Source: a virus. Taken from it: 64,000 nucleotides of DNA. The stretch is taken from IMG/VR virus record IMGVR_UViG_3300027754_000042; one strand, written 5' to 3'. The notes under the pieces are model-generated. The model made no database searches. It was not told where the DNA came from and saw only the letters and a program-made list of their open reading frames with translations. Numbering within the stretch: the first letter of the stretch is position 1; every line of letters starts with the position of its first letter. The position numbers and the translations under genes were made by a program. This document shows, one piece after another, positions 8,241-18,428 of the stretch.

Positions 8241-8317
8241 GCCCACGTAGGCCAACAGGTAGAGTCAGGAGACTTAAAATCTCCAAAGTGTCGGTTCGAA
8301 CCCGACCGTGGGCACCA
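8241..8317 (+). tRNA. tRNA-Leu (TAA), short variable arm
   Basis: GCCCACG/CGTGGGC acceptor, GGAGA-CTTAAAA-TCTCC, ACCA. Confidence 0.9.
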
Positions 8318-8330
8318 ACTAAATATCGTA

Positions 8331-8807
8331 ATGAGAAACCAAATGAACATCAATGAAGTCCGCGAATTTATCAGCAACACCTCAGCCACAACAAAAATCT
8401 ATATCGGTGCAGATTCGGAACGCTACTGTCGCAAAGACGGTAAGTGGATTGCCGACTACACGGTAGCGGTTGTTGTTCACTATGATGGCAACAAGGGCTG
8501 TAAGGTATTCGGTGATGTAACATCTGAGTTTGATTACGATAAGCGCCACGATCGGCCATCATTCCGTTTGATGAATGAAGTCTATCGTGCAGCGAACATG
8601 TACCTAGAACTGTATGAAGCAATCGGCGACAGGCATGTGGAAGTCCACCTCGATATCAATCCCGATGAAATGCATGGATCAAGCTGCGTTATTCAGCAAG
8701 CGACTGGATACATTCGTGGGCTTTGTGGGTTCACACCAAAGGTAAAGCCAGAAGCATTTGCTGCATCATACGCGGCTGATAGATTGAAGGAGATTCTTGC
8801 CACATGA
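8331..8807 (+). CDS. RNase H-like YkuK (DUF458) family protein
   Basis: IYIGADS, RLMNEV, VEVHLDIN, VKPEAFAASYAAD. Confidence 0.8.
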   Translation: MRNQMNINEVREFISNTSATTKIYIGADSERYCRKDGKWIADYTVAVVVHYDGNKGCKVFGDVTSEFDYDKRHDRPSFRLMNEVYRAANMYLELYEAIGDRHVEVHLDINPDEMHGSSCVIQQATGYIRGLCGFTPKVKPEAFAASYAADRLKEILAT

Positions 8808-9397
8808 GTGTTACCATTGATGATTTTGTTTTGGAATATAATAACTTCCTGACACCTGAAGAATGTATGGGATACATTGATTGTTATCATCGGTATGAAT
8901 CAATGGGGCTCACAATTAATCGCCAAGCCTCTGGTGAACCGTCGGTTAGAAAAGCTGATGACCAGATGTTTGTCACTTCGCTTTTAGCCACAAATGAATT
9001 GAATATCTCTGACCTAGAACCGTTTCACTATTTTGTGAAAAAGTTTTGGGATCAAGCGTATCCGATTTATCGCCAGAAATATGGTGTGTTGACAGATATG
9101 AGTCAACACACCGTTCGCCTCTTGAAAATTCAGAAGACGCATAAGAGCGAAGGCTATCATGTTTGGCACTGCGAAGATGGTGACCCAAATGCAATGCGTA
9201 GATTAATGACATTCATTCTTTACCTGAACGATATTCCTGATGGTGGTGAGACCGAGTTCCTCTATTACTCGAAACGATATAAGGCTGAGGTTGGTAAGCT
9301 CATTCTATGGCCAGCAGGATATACTCACACGCATCGTGGTAACCCACCACTCAGCAATACCAAATATATACTAACTGGATGGGTTGAACTGTCCTAA
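8804..9397 (+). CDS. 2OG-Fe(II) oxygenase (prolyl-4-hydroxylase-like)
   Basis: GYHVWHCE, ILYLND..GGETEF, THTHRGNPP..KYILTGW. Confidence 0.85.
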   Translation: MSVTIDDFVLEYNNFLTPEECMGYIDCYHRYESMGLTINRQASGEPSVRKADDQMFVTSLLATNELNISDLEPFHYFVKKFWDQAYPIYRQKYGVLTDMSQHTVRLLKIQKTHKSEGYHVWHCEDGDPNAMRRLMTFILYLNDIPDGGETEFLYYSKRYKAEVGKLILWPAGYTHTHRGNPPLSNTKYILTGWVELS

Positions 9398-9408
9398 CAG
9401 ATTGCGCT

Positions 9409-9485
9409 GGACGGATAGCATAAATGGAAAATGCCGGTCGCTCATAACGGCCCAGATGTCGGATCATACCCGGCTCCGTCTACCA
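9409..9485 (+). tRNA. tRNA with CAT anticodon, probably Ile2 (lysidine), atypical T-loop
   Basis: GGACGGA/TCCGTCT acceptor, GGTCG-CTCATAA-CGGCC arm resembling alphaproteobacterial Ile2, T arm GTCGG-ATCATAC-CCGGC, ACCA. Confidence 0.75.
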
Positions 9486-9507
9486 CTTATCATTGAAGGA
9501 ACATCAT

Positions 9508-10128
9508 ATGTCGGACGATGAAGTTTATAGAAGACCTAGTGAAATTCCTTATAAAAATTTAAATTATCCCGTCGATAAGATCAAGACGATATCGCAAAAA
9601 TTAAATTTATTTGTCGAACAACATACTGATATTTTGCAGAACCCTATTCGCAAAACACTCATATATTCAATAGTGCCAGACTTTGATCTTGTAAATCAGG
9701 AAGTTCCGGAACTAAAAAAATTGTGTGATTGGATAGGAGCTAAACCTATTCGATATATGATCTTGCAAATCAAACCAAAACCAGCATGGCATCCAGGACT
9801 TGATCCGTATCATATAGATCCAACACCAACGAGAGTTAATCTCTTGTTACCAGTTAGGAATTGCGAAGGGTCTATTACCAGATTCGTAGATGTTCCTCCT
9901 CGTTTTTTCAAAAAAGTTTGGTTAGAAGATCGACAAAAATATCAATACGATAATTTGTATAAAGGGCTTTATCGAGAATTTAAAATTTCTGGCGAATTCG
10001 AATTAAATAATGCATATCTATTTAATGCAGGATACCCACATGGCGTATTTTGTAACCCAGACATAATAGAGCCTCGAATTTCATTTAATGTTAATTTTGA
10101 TGATGATGTATCGCATTTGCTAAATTGA
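9508..10128 (+). CDS. Hypothetical DSBH / 2OG-Fe(II) oxygenase-like protein
   Basis: HID...NLLLPV.NC...PHGV...PRISF pattern (HxD...H...R). Confidence 0.5.
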   Translation: MSDDEVYRRPSEIPYKNLNYPVDKIKTISQKLNLFVEQHTDILQNPIRKTLIYSIVPDFDLVNQEVPELKKLCDWIGAKPIRYMILQIKPKPAWHPGLDPYHIDPTPTRVNLLLPVRNCEGSITRFVDVPPRFFKKVWLEDRQKYQYDNLYKGLYREFKISGEFELNNAYLFNAGYPHGVFCNPDIIEPRISFNVNFDDDVSHLLN

Positions 10129-10141
10129 TGATGGAGATATA

Positions 10142-10849
10142 ATGGCAGAGTTTCATATTCGAGGTGGATTAGGTACGCAGATTTTATCCGTGTATGCAGC
10201 CTATGCGCTTGCTATCGAACGTGCCACAACCGTATCTGATATCAAGTTCAACACAGGAAACTATCCACGCAATGACCACGACCTGGATAGGATCTACATT
10301 GACGATCTTCTCGAATTTGAATCTCGACCAAACATATCTTCCATCAATGGTACCAACAAAACTCTGCCATTCAAAGAGCCACAATTCTCTTTGCTTCTAA
10401 AGCATTGGGATGAAGTGAAGACCAAAGTTTGGTTAAAGCCTACCATCAAAAATCAAACCAACGAAACGATTGTTCATATTAGGCAAACAGATAGACCATT
10501 GGTTGCTATCGAAAAGTTTGACACCTTGATTGATTCGTTATCGTTGGCTTCTCATTATCCATATGAGAACTACCAGCCAATCATCATAAGCGAAGATGAG
10601 TCCGTCATTCAGCGATACAAGCTTCAACCTGTATCGAATGCATTGGCGGACTGGAAGCGTATTCTAAATGCCAAAACTGTATATGGCGCTTATTCTACCT
10701 TCACATTATTGGCAGCTGCGTTGAATCCAGATCAGAAATTATTTTTCTTCTCACAAGAGAAATGCGACGATCCGAGCTTGATTTTACAGGACGATTGGTG
10801 TAAGATTAGACAATTGGTTGAGTTGTTTGGCAATGTTGAATGGATGTGA
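10142..10849 (+). CDS. GT11-like alpha-1,2-fucosyl/colitosyltransferase
   Basis: GGLGTQ, VHIRQTD (HxRxxD), YSTFTLLAA motifs of GT11; first gene of the nucleotide-sugar operon. Confidence 0.7.
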   Translation: MAEFHIRGGLGTQILSVYAAYALAIERATTVSDIKFNTGNYPRNDHDLDRIYIDDLLEFESRPNISSINGTNKTLPFKEPQFSLLLKHWDEVKTKVWLKPTIKNQTNETIVHIRQTDRPLVAIEKFDTLIDSLSLASHYPYENYQPIIISEDESVIQRYKLQPVSNALADWKRILNAKTVYGAYSTFTLLAAALNPDQKLFFFSQEKCDDPSLILQDDWCKIRQLVELFGNVEWM

Positions 10850-10851
10850 AT

Positions 10852-11853
10852 ATGAAAACAGCACTGATTACTGGCATAACCGGACAAGATGGATCTTATC
10901 TCGCGGAACTTCTTCTTGAGAAGGGCTATCGAGTCCATGGAATCATTCGTAGGTCGTCGTCGTTCAATACCGGGCGAATTGACCACCTCTTTGATAAGAT
11001 ACATCTGCACTATGGAGATATGACAGACGGCTCTAATCTCCTCAATCTAATCAGCACAATCCAGCCAGATGAAATCTATAATCTGGCTGCACAGTCGCAT
11101 GTGAAGGTAAGCTTTGAAACCCCCGAATATACCATTCAAGCTGATGGTGTCGGTATGCTTAAAATTCTCGAGGCAGTTCGATCACTAGATTTGGACACTC
11201 GCATTTATCAAGCATGTACCTCTGAGATGTTTGGTTCATCTCCTTCTCCACAAAATGAAGACACGCCATTCCATCCGTGCAGCCCGTACGGTAGCGCAAA
11301 GCTGTATTCATATTGGATCGGTAGAAACTATCGTGATTCTTATGGCATGTATGTTGCGAATGGTATTCTATTCAACCACGAAAGCCCGAGACGCGGTGAG
11401 ACCTTCGTCACGCGCAAGGTCACGAAAGCCGTCGCTCGTATTTTAGAGGGATTACAGAATGATATTCTGATTGGCAATCTTGATGCTGAGCGCGATTGGG
11501 GGCACGCTAAGGATTATGTGCTTGCAATGTGGATGATGCTTCAGCGGTCAGTCCCAGCAGATTTTGTCATTGCTACAGGCAAAGCATATACCGTTAGGCA
11601 TATGATCGAATGTGCGTTCGCGTATGTGAATATGACCATTCGTTGGGAAGGCAAAGGAATTAAAGAAGTTGGTTATGATGATAATGGAATCGCTCGCGTT
11701 CGGATTGATAGTAAGTATTATCGCCCGAACGAGGTTGATTCCTTGCGTGGTGATGCAGCACTAGCAAATGCAATTCTAGGTTGGAAACCAGAGGTTACCT
11801 TTACCGAGCTTATACACGAAATGGTCCAAAGTGATCTGGAGGATTTGAAATGA
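10852..11853 (+). CDS. gmd: GDP-mannose 4,6-dehydratase
   Basis: [54 protein letters not shown]. Confidence 0.97.
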   Translation: MKTALITGITGQDGSYLAELLLEKGYRVHGIIRRSSSFNTGRIDHLFDKIHLHYGDMTDGSNLLNLISTIQPDEIYNLAAQSHVKVSFETPEYTIQADGVGMLKILEAVRSLDLDTRIYQACTSEMFGSSPSPQNEDTPFHPCSPYGSAKLYSYWIGRNYRDSYGMYVANGILFNHESPRRGETFVTRKVTKAVARILEGLQNDILIGNLDAERDWGHAKDYVLAMWMMLQRSVPADFVIATGKAYTVRHMIECAFAYVNMTIRWEGKGIKEVGYDDNGIARVRIDSKYYRPNEVDSLRGDAALANAILGWKPEVTFTELIHEMVQSDLEDLK

Positions 11854-13001
11854 ATTACCCACTAGCAACTGATACATGGAACTGGAGAGAAAAGTTTGCC
11901 ATCTTGCGCGTGATGCGGAGTGGTCGATACACGATGGGACCAGAGGTCGCAAAGTTTGAAAATGAATTTGCGAAGAAGATGGAAGTTCGTAATGCGGTTA
12001 TGACAAACAGTGGTAGTTCAGCTAATCTCGTTGGGCTTGCTGCACTCGTTTATCTAAAAGAAATTCCAGCAGGTAGTGAAGTGATTGTGCCAGCTGTAAG
12101 TTGGTCAACAACATATTTCCCTATTACGCAACTCGGGCTTGTGCCTGTGTTTGTTGATGTTGGTATCAACTCATTCAATCTCACATTAGAAACTGTGAGA
12201 GGTGCTATTACCAAAAAGACATGTGCGGTGTTCGCTGTCAATCTTCTTGGTCTGCCGTGCCAGTTGACAGAGCTTCGGCAACTGTGTGATGATAATGACA
12301 TTTATCTGATGGAAGATAATTGTGAAAGCCTTGGTGCATTGTATGATGTAAAGCAAGCTGGCACATTCGGTGAGTTTGGTACCTTCTCTTTCTTTTTCTC
12401 ACACCATATCCAGACGATGGAAGGTGGTATGATTGTGACAGATGATGATGAACTGGCTGATTACATGCGATCCATTCGCGCACACGGGTGGGTGCGTGAT
12501 GTTCGTACCGATCATCTTTACGCTAAGGGTTCTGTCGATCCATTCAATGAGAGTTTCCACTTTGTGCTCCCCGGCTATTGCGTTCGCCCATTAGAAATGA
12601 GTGGTGCTATTGGTTCTGTCCAGCTCACTAAGATGGATCGAATGATTGACGCTCGCAGAAAGAATGCCGAGACATTCACTAAACTTTTTGGTGATGACTT
12701 CCACATTCAGACTGAGAATCGGAGAATGAAGTCGAGTTGGTTTGGCTTCGGCGTCGTTCTCAAGGAAGATAGAACAATTGCGCGGGAAGCTCTTCTTACC
12801 GACTTCAAAAGGGCAAAGATTGAGGTTCGTCCAATCGTTGCTGGTAACTTTGTCAATCAACCGGTTCTCGCATACATGAAGCATCGCGTCGTTGGACCGC
12901 TAACGAATGCACAACTGTTGGATAAGAATGGTTTCTTCTTCGGCAACGATTGGCGCCCGTTGAAGAAAAAGATTATAGCAACAAGGAAACTAATCGGATG
13001 A
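11850..13001 (+). CDS. colD: GDP-4-keto-6-deoxy-D-mannose 3-dehydratase (ColD type, DegT family)
   Basis: [43 protein letters not shown] with His in place of the PLP Schiff-base Lys. Confidence 0.85.
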   Translation: MNYPLATDTWNWREKFAILRVMRSGRYTMGPEVAKFENEFAKKMEVRNAVMTNSGSSANLVGLAALVYLKEIPAGSEVIVPAVSWSTTYFPITQLGLVPVFVDVGINSFNLTLETVRGAITKKTCAVFAVNLLGLPCQLTELRQLCDDNDIYLMEDNCESLGALYDVKQAGTFGEFGTFSFFFSHHIQTMEGGMIVTDDDELADYMRSIRAHGWVRDVRTDHLYAKGSVDPFNESFHFVLPGYCVRPLEMSGAIGSVQLTKMDRMIDARRKNAETFTKLFGDDFHIQTENRRMKSSWFGFGVVLKEDRTIAREALLTDFKRAKIEVRPIVAGNFVNQPVLAYMKHRVVGPLTNAQLLDKNGFFFGNDWRPLKKKIIATRKLIG

Positions 13002-13864
13002 CAGCCCTCATTCTCGGCGCAACAGGTATGCTCGGTTCAGCCATGATGCGCCGACTACCTGGATCTATTGGAATATCAAGTAAGGATTGTGATCTACTCA
13101 ATCAGAGACAAGTCCATGAAATCTTCGATTTTGATTTTGATGTGATCTATCACTGTGCTGGTCTTGTTGGTGGTATCATGGACAACATGAATAACCAATA
13201 TTATTTTCTGATGGATAACGCAAGGATGGCACTTAACGTCATCGACATGGCTAGGACATGCGGCGTTGAAAAGGTCTATTATATTTCATCATCATGCGTT
13301 TATCCAAATGCGTGTGAACAGCCGATGAAAGAGAAGCACATTCTAACTGGTCCTGTAGAACCAACAAACGGTGGTTATGCTATGGCTAAACTTGTTGGTA
13401 TGGAAGCTGCTAGATATGCTGGTTATGTGTCGATGATTCCTTGCAATCTATATGGACCCAAGGATAACTTCTCGGAGAGCGGACATGTTCTAGCATCATT
13501 GGTTCGCAAGGTGTGCGATGCTCAAAAGAATGGTAAATCATCTATTACAGTATGGGGTGATGGTACTGCGCGCCGTGAGTTCTTACATGTTGACGATTGT
13601 GCGGATGCTATCGTGGCTGCAACACAACTCGATGGTCCATATATAAATATTGGTTCAGGAGAAGATATCTCAATTCATGATCTCGCTCGCCTTATCATAG
13701 ATATTGCGCGTTGGGATGGTGATATCGTTTTTGATACAACAAAGCCTAATGGTATGATGCGAAAACTCCTTGATACCTCGCTACTAGATAGCATCGGTTG
13801 GAAACAAAAGATTAGCCTAGAGACAGGCATATCGCAAATGATTACAGATTATCGGAGCATGTAA
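12998..13864 (+). CDS. fcl: GDP-L-fucose/colitose synthase (epimerase-reductase, Fcl/ColC)
   Basis: GATGMLGSA, AGLVGGI, SSSCVYP, EPTN.GYAMAK, PCNLYGP.DNF, VWGDGTARREFLHVDD. Confidence 0.9.
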   Translation: MTALILGATGMLGSAMMRRLPGSIGISSKDCDLLNQRQVHEIFDFDFDVIYHCAGLVGGIMDNMNNQYYFLMDNARMALNVIDMARTCGVEKVYYISSSCVYPNACEQPMKEKHILTGPVEPTNGGYAMAKLVGMEAARYAGYVSMIPCNLYGPKDNFSESGHVLASLVRKVCDAQKNGKSSITVWGDGTARREFLHVDDCADAIVAATQLDGPYINIGSGEDISIHDLARLIIDIARWDGDIVFDTTKPNGMMRKLLDTSLLDSIGWKQKISLETGISQMITDYRSM

Positions 13865-14871
13865 TGTCTGCATTCTATCCTTTCATTCGTTCACTGAATA
13901 CCTTCTCTGTCGATGATATGTCGAGATTGTGTGAATTTTATGGAATGGCCACTCACGCAACAAAGACCAATCAGATCAGAGATGCATTGCATAATGTCGC
14001 AACTGTCATCATGCGACAGGAACCCGACCCGATTCTGTTTAGTCGTATCAAGAACCTACATGAATTGCCATATAGCATCCTCGATGCTCGCAGAGGCATT
14101 CATGTTGCACGGTCTGTATTTGCTAATGAAGTCCTCAAGCTTCGGCAGCGCAAGACCGCTAACAAATCAGCAATGGTGCAAACTTACATTGACGATGGGC
14201 TTGTGGTCATCAATGATTTTCTCGGTACCGATAACTCGGAACTGATTAGAGAGATGGAACAGTTACCAATCAGTGTCAATAAGAATGGCTCGAATGTCAT
14301 TAGCACAATGACTGATAATCCTGCTCTGCGTAGTTTTCTTTTCGATAGCAAGCTTCGGGATTGCGTGTTTGATTGCTTGATGATGTCCAAGACGCACAAG
14401 GATGCATCGAGGCAGTTCCTAGATAACACGTTTGTTCAGCGCGTTCACAATAAACCAAACGACGGCGATGTTCAGAAAATCATGCACTTCGATACCTACT
14501 ATGATGCAATGAAGTTCTGGTATTTTCCTAAAGAGGTCAAACTTGAAAACGGACCCTTTACAATCTCACCACAATCGCACATAATGAATGAAGCTAGACT
14601 GACATGGATGCAAAGCGCATACATGCGATATTATGATAAGACGATAGAGCCAGAGCGTACCTATGGGCACGCAGAGGGATCGCTGAGAGTTTTGCCAATC
14701 GAGATGGAAGCCATGGGACTTGGCGTTGCGCCAATGATTGTGCCAAAAGATACATTTATTATCTCGAATGTGTTTGGCTTTCATGGGCGTGGCGAAGCCG
14801 CAGTGGATTCGATCCGTGATGCTATTCATGGCTCAATTCGATTGAATTCTCCATTTGACAATGAGGAATGA
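13864..14871 (+). CDS. PhyH-like 2OG-Fe(II) dioxygenase
   Basis: HFDTY, ENGPF..SP.SH, NVFGFHGRG. Confidence 0.65.
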   Translation: MSAFYPFIRSLNTFSVDDMSRLCEFYGMATHATKTNQIRDALHNVATVIMRQEPDPILFSRIKNLHELPYSILDARRGIHVARSVFANEVLKLRQRKTANKSAMVQTYIDDGLVVINDFLGTDNSELIREMEQLPISVNKNGSNVISTMTDNPALRSFLFDSKLRDCVFDCLMMSKTHKDASRQFLDNTFVQRVHNKPNDGDVQKIMHFDTYYDAMKFWYFPKEVKLENGPFTISPQSHIMNEARLTWMQSAYMRYYDKTIEPERTYGHAEGSLRVLPIEMEAMGLGVAPMIVPKDTFIISNVFGFHGRGEAAVDSIRDAIHGSIRLNSPFDNEE

Positions 14872-14883
14872 TTGTGTTATGAT
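14855..14883 (+). promoter_or_regulatory. Sigma70-type promoter
   Basis: TTGACA-17-TATGAT. Confidence 0.7.
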
Positions 14884-14904
14884 GAATTCAAATCGGAGTT
14901 CGTC

Positions 14905-15300
14905 ATGGCTATCCTTCCAATCTACTACACCACCACCAATTTTCGCAAACGCAAGGCTTCGTTGCCCACACGCGCATCCGAGGAGTCTGCTCGTAAAACT
15001 GCAGAACTTCTGGCGCGTGTGGGCTACGTCAAACGTGATCGTGCGCCAGTCAAAGCCAAAGCAGACCAGTGGCAGAATGAGCGCAATGTGGCACCTTTGA
15101 CAGATGCTATTCCTGGCGGCATTGCAGCCAAGCGCGACAAGCTCAATGACCACAAGTGGAAGCGTGGGCTTGAAGAGACCAAAGAGACAATCAAAGAAAT
15201 CCAAAACAAGGCTGCGCGTACTGCACCCGCGTATTCCAAAGGCGCTTACCAGTATATCACTGATGGCGCAGATACCAAAACTCTCGGTCGTAAAATCTAG
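14905..15300 (+). CDS. Basic hypothetical phage protein
   Basis: RBS GGAG; C-terminal APAYSKGAYQYIT motif typical of T4-like phage hypotheticals. Confidence 0.7.
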   Translation: MAILPIYYTTTNFRKRKASLPTRASEESARKTAELLARVGYVKRDRAPVKAKADQWQNERNVAPLTDAIPGGIAAKRDKLNDHKWKRGLEETKETIKEIQNKAARTAPAYSKGAYQYITDGADTKTLGRKI

Positions 15301-15310
15301 GAGCTATGTG

Positions 15311-15667
15311 ATGGCACGCAAAAAAGCTAAAAATCATACGTTCACGCGGGATGAAAAAGAAAAAATGTGGAAAGATATGGCAAAAAAATTTATCGTGGAG
15401 TTTGAAGAAGATCAATGCCAAAAATTTCCTAATTTACACAAGCTTGTGAGTGGTGCAAAAGAAGACGATTATAATTTGTTTTATCATCTTGCATTGCGAG
15501 AAGGTAAAAAGATGTTCAAAGATGGTGTTGGACATGTTGTAGAAAATAATGATCCAGACGATTGGATGTCGGATGAGATGAATTGGGAAGTTGGTGTCGG
15601 TTCACTTATGGACACATTGTTTGATTTAGGAATGTGGATATACGAAGATGAAGAGGAGAATATATAA
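15311..15667 (+). CDS. Hypothetical protein
   Basis: RBS AGGAG, coupled to the next ORF. Confidence 0.65.
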   Translation: MARKKAKNHTFTRDEKEKMWKDMAKKFIVEFEEDQCQKFPNLHKLVSGAKEDDYNLFYHLALREGKKMFKDGVGHVVENNDPDDWMSDEMNWEVGVGSLMDTLFDLGMWIYEDEEENI

Positions 15668-15918
15668 TGATGTGGACTAAGCAAAGTGTGGCCGAACTGG
15701 CGCGTGAAAATGTTATCCGTGTGACGTTTACAAAGTCTGATGGCACAGAGCGTATTATGGTATGCTCATTGATGGATCAGTATCTTCCTCCTATCATGGA
15801 AGACGCGGAAGTAACAACGAAGGATAATCCAAATGTTCTCGCAGTGATGGATCTTCAAGCGCGAAGCTGGCGCTCATTTCGAATTAATTCGGTTATTAAA
15901 GTGGAGACAATGGAATGA
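15667..15918 (+). CDS. WYL_2 / Sm-like SH3 beta-barrel protein
   Basis: VTFTKSDGTERIM.C, V.DL....WRSFR. Confidence 0.75.
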   Translation: MMWTKQSVAELARENVIRVTFTKSDGTERIMVCSLMDQYLPPIMEDAEVTTKDNPNVLAVMDLQARSWRSFRINSVIKVETME

Positions 15919-16898
15919 AACTTAAAATTACTGGCTTACGCGATACTGCAAAGCCGATGACAATTGATCCTGCACAAAATGGCACGTATGGGCATATCGG
16001 TTCGCAGGGCGGCACCGAGCAGATGTACAAGGGTCTTATGGATCGTCTTCCAGATGACCTAAAAGATCCATTCAATATCATTTGTTCGCGTGTGCGCGAG
16101 GTTGATTCCTCAAAGCGTAATTTGCTTTGGTTGCATGATACTTGGGACGATCCTGAGTCGCAGCATCTTAAGGAAAAGTCTAGTCTTGATCGGTTTGAAA
16201 AGCTAATCTTTGTTTCAAACTACCAGCAAGAAACTTATAACATGGCGCTGCAGGTTCCTTATGATAAGGGTATCGTATTGCAGAACGCAATCGTTCCTAT
16301 CGAGGATCATGTAAAGCCAGAAGGTACAATCAATCTTATCTATCACACCACGCCACATCGTGGGCTAGAACTCCTTGCACCTGTCGTTGATTTTATGACA
16401 GATCGAGGAATTGATTACCATCTCGATGTTTATTCGTCGTTTGCAATCTATGGTTGGGAACATCGAGACGATCCGTATCTGCCTCTTTTCGATAAGCTCA
16501 GAGCCAATCCTAATGTGACATATCATGGATTCCAACCTAATGTGGTTGTCCGTGAAGCTTTGAAGAAAGCACACATTTACGCATACCCAAACATCTGGCC
16601 CGAAACATCTGGCATTTCTGTTATTGAAGCCATGAGTGCTGGCTGTGATGTTGTGTGTCCTAATTTCGCTGCATTGCCTGAGACAACTGCCAACTTCGCT
16701 ACGATGTACGGTTGGTCAGAAGATGCCAACGTCCATGCGAACAGATTTGCCGGACTTCTAATGTTAGCTATCAAGAATTTCTGGGATCAGAATAATCAAA
16801 ACAAGTTGAACTTCCAGAAAATGTACACCAACAATTTCTACAATTGGGACTATCGCATTCAGCAGTGGGTTGGCTTCCTTGGCGGACTTAAAGGTTGA
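15915..16898 (+). CDS. GT4-family glycosyltransferase
   Basis: GGTE, YHTTPHRGL, YPNIWPETSGISVIEAMSAGC (ExxGxxxxE). Confidence 0.85.
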   Translation: MKLKITGLRDTAKPMTIDPAQNGTYGHIGSQGGTEQMYKGLMDRLPDDLKDPFNIICSRVREVDSSKRNLLWLHDTWDDPESQHLKEKSSLDRFEKLIFVSNYQQETYNMALQVPYDKGIVLQNAIVPIEDHVKPEGTINLIYHTTPHRGLELLAPVVDFMTDRGIDYHLDVYSSFAIYGWEHRDDPYLPLFDKLRANPNVTYHGFQPNVVVREALKKAHIYAYPNIWPETSGISVIEAMSAGCDVVCPNFAALPETTANFATMYGWSEDANVHANRFAGLLMLAIKNFWDQNNQNKLNFQKMYTNNFYNWDYRIQQWVGFLGGLKG

Positions 16899-16923
16899 CA
16901 ATACCTAAGCTGTGTGATATGAT
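16895..16923 (+). promoter_or_regulatory. Sigma70-type promoter
   Basis: TTGACA-17-TATGAT; the -35 box contains the upstream TGA stop. Confidence 0.7.
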
Positions 16924-16949
16924 GTTCTCTAATATGAAAGGATCAATAC

Positions 16950-18077
16950 ATGGCTAAGAGTCTGCTACAGATGGCACCCAAGAAGAAGGTCAAGCGGATC
17001 ACACCGCGCGGGCTAGATCAGAAGTATCTTGGTGAAGAGCCGACTTGGGAGGATCAACAGTTCCTTGGTGAGTCAGCTCTTTCATCAAAGATTGCTGGCG
17101 CATATAATTGGTACAACTATTTTTCAAACTCCAAGATGAACCGTGAGTTCCTCGAGGAGTTTATGGTTGCTGAGGGTATGTCCAAAGCTGCTTTGCAGAT
17201 GATGAATAAGGTTGATGACCATCACATTCTTCCTAGCATATGGAAGATGGCGCGTATGATTACGATGGGTTACGATGCCCCCAAAGAGCGTCGGATAATC
17301 CTATTCAATGACATTACAGAAATTGTGAAGCGTGGTATTGCTATCGCTGAGGCTGAAAGGCCGCCGTCCGCTATGTCCAAAAGCACGGTGACAAACAATC
17401 TGCTGGCTGATGTTGAGTCTATGGTAGATGCTAATGATGAACAGCTCACCAAATTTTACGAACTCCTGAAAAACAAAGCACCAAAGCCGGCGATGGTTAC
17501 AGATATTGCTAACTATTACCAGCCGTGGGTTGATGAAATGAAGGAAGCATACGCAACAAAAGACACCGATTTCAAGTATGCTTATCGTCATATGACCAAG
17601 AAACAAATCAAGGAGCGCATTGCTCTATTTGAAGGAATCATTAATGATTGCAAGTCTTATGTGGGTAATAATCGCAAGGCTGTTGTACGCAAGCCACGCA
17701 AGATCAAACCTAAGAGCGATACCGTTATCGTCAAAAGCCTCAAGTGCCAGAAGGAAGACGTTGACCTGAAAATCGTCAGCATTGACCCTACCAAGATCGT
17801 CGGCGCTAAAGAGTTGTGGACATTTAACACTAAATATAATGTTCTCGCGCACTACGTTTCTGATACAGGTTTGTCTGTAAAGGGAACAACTCTTCAAAAT
17901 GTAAATGATAAGTTGTCCTCGCAAAAGAAACTTCGTAAGCCAGATCAGGTGTTGCCTGGTATCACTGGATCTACATCCAAAGCTGCCATCAGGTCGTTTG
18001 AAGCTATCACAACCAAGGCCAGTGAACCAAATGGACGAATCAACGAATACACAGTCCTTCTTCGTGCAATCAAATAA
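16950..18077 (+). CDS. Conserved T4-like phage hypothetical protein
   Basis: Long ORF; motifs AYNWYNYF, SIDPTKIVGA, GLSVKGTTL, NGRINE. Confidence 0.75.
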   Translation: MAKSLLQMAPKKKVKRITPRGLDQKYLGEEPTWEDQQFLGESALSSKIAGAYNWYNYFSNSKMNREFLEEFMVAEGMSKAALQMMNKVDDHHILPSIWKMARMITMGYDAPKERRIILFNDITEIVKRGIAIAEAERPPSAMSKSTVTNNLLADVESMVDANDEQLTKFYELLKNKAPKPAMVTDIANYYQPWVDEMKEAYATKDTDFKYAYRHMTKKQIKERIALFEGIINDCKSYVGNNRKAVVRKPRKIKPKSDTVIVKSLKCQKEDVDLKIVSIDPTKIVGAKELWTFNTKYNVLAHYVSDTGLSVKGTTLQNVNDKLSSQKKLRKPDQVLPGITGSTSKAAIRSFEAITTKASEPNGRINEYTVLLRAIK

Positions 18078-18396
18078 TATCGTAAAGTTTCCGAAAAATA
18101 ATCCTCGCGCACATGTGATCGTGATAGACGACAACGATGAGGAACGGATTAAGTTCAAGCATGACTTTGTAGACCAAGCGGTACATGATGTTGGCAAAAA
18201 GCTTATGTACCTCTTGTCGACCAAAGGCTTTGATATAACCACGCCAGAGTTTGACGATAGCTATACGTTCACGATGGAATCCCTTCGTGCTACTCTCTTG
18301 CAGTCCATGGGTGTTAGCCATCCTTTCCTCATCTTTATCAATGACTTCATAGAAGGTTTGAATAAGCTTGAGGAAGAGCTTGACGACGAAGAATGA
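18031..18396 (+). CDS. Hypothetical protein upstream of rnh
   Basis: NIVKFP motif, ESLRA.L....G..HP; start uncertain. Confidence 0.6.
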   Translation: MDESTNTQSFFVQSNNIVKFPKNNPRAHVIVIDDNDEERIKFKHDFVDQAVHDVGKKLMYLLSTKGFDITTPEFDDSYTFTMESLRATLLQSMGVSHPFLIFINDFIEGLNKLEEELDDEE

Positions 18397-18408
18397 TCCG
18401 TGTACTAT
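18380..18408 (+). promoter_or_regulatory. Sigma70-type promoter
   Basis: TTGACG-17-TACTAT upstream of rnh. Confidence 0.55.
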
Positions 18409-18428
18409 ACAGAATGAAATAAGGAACA

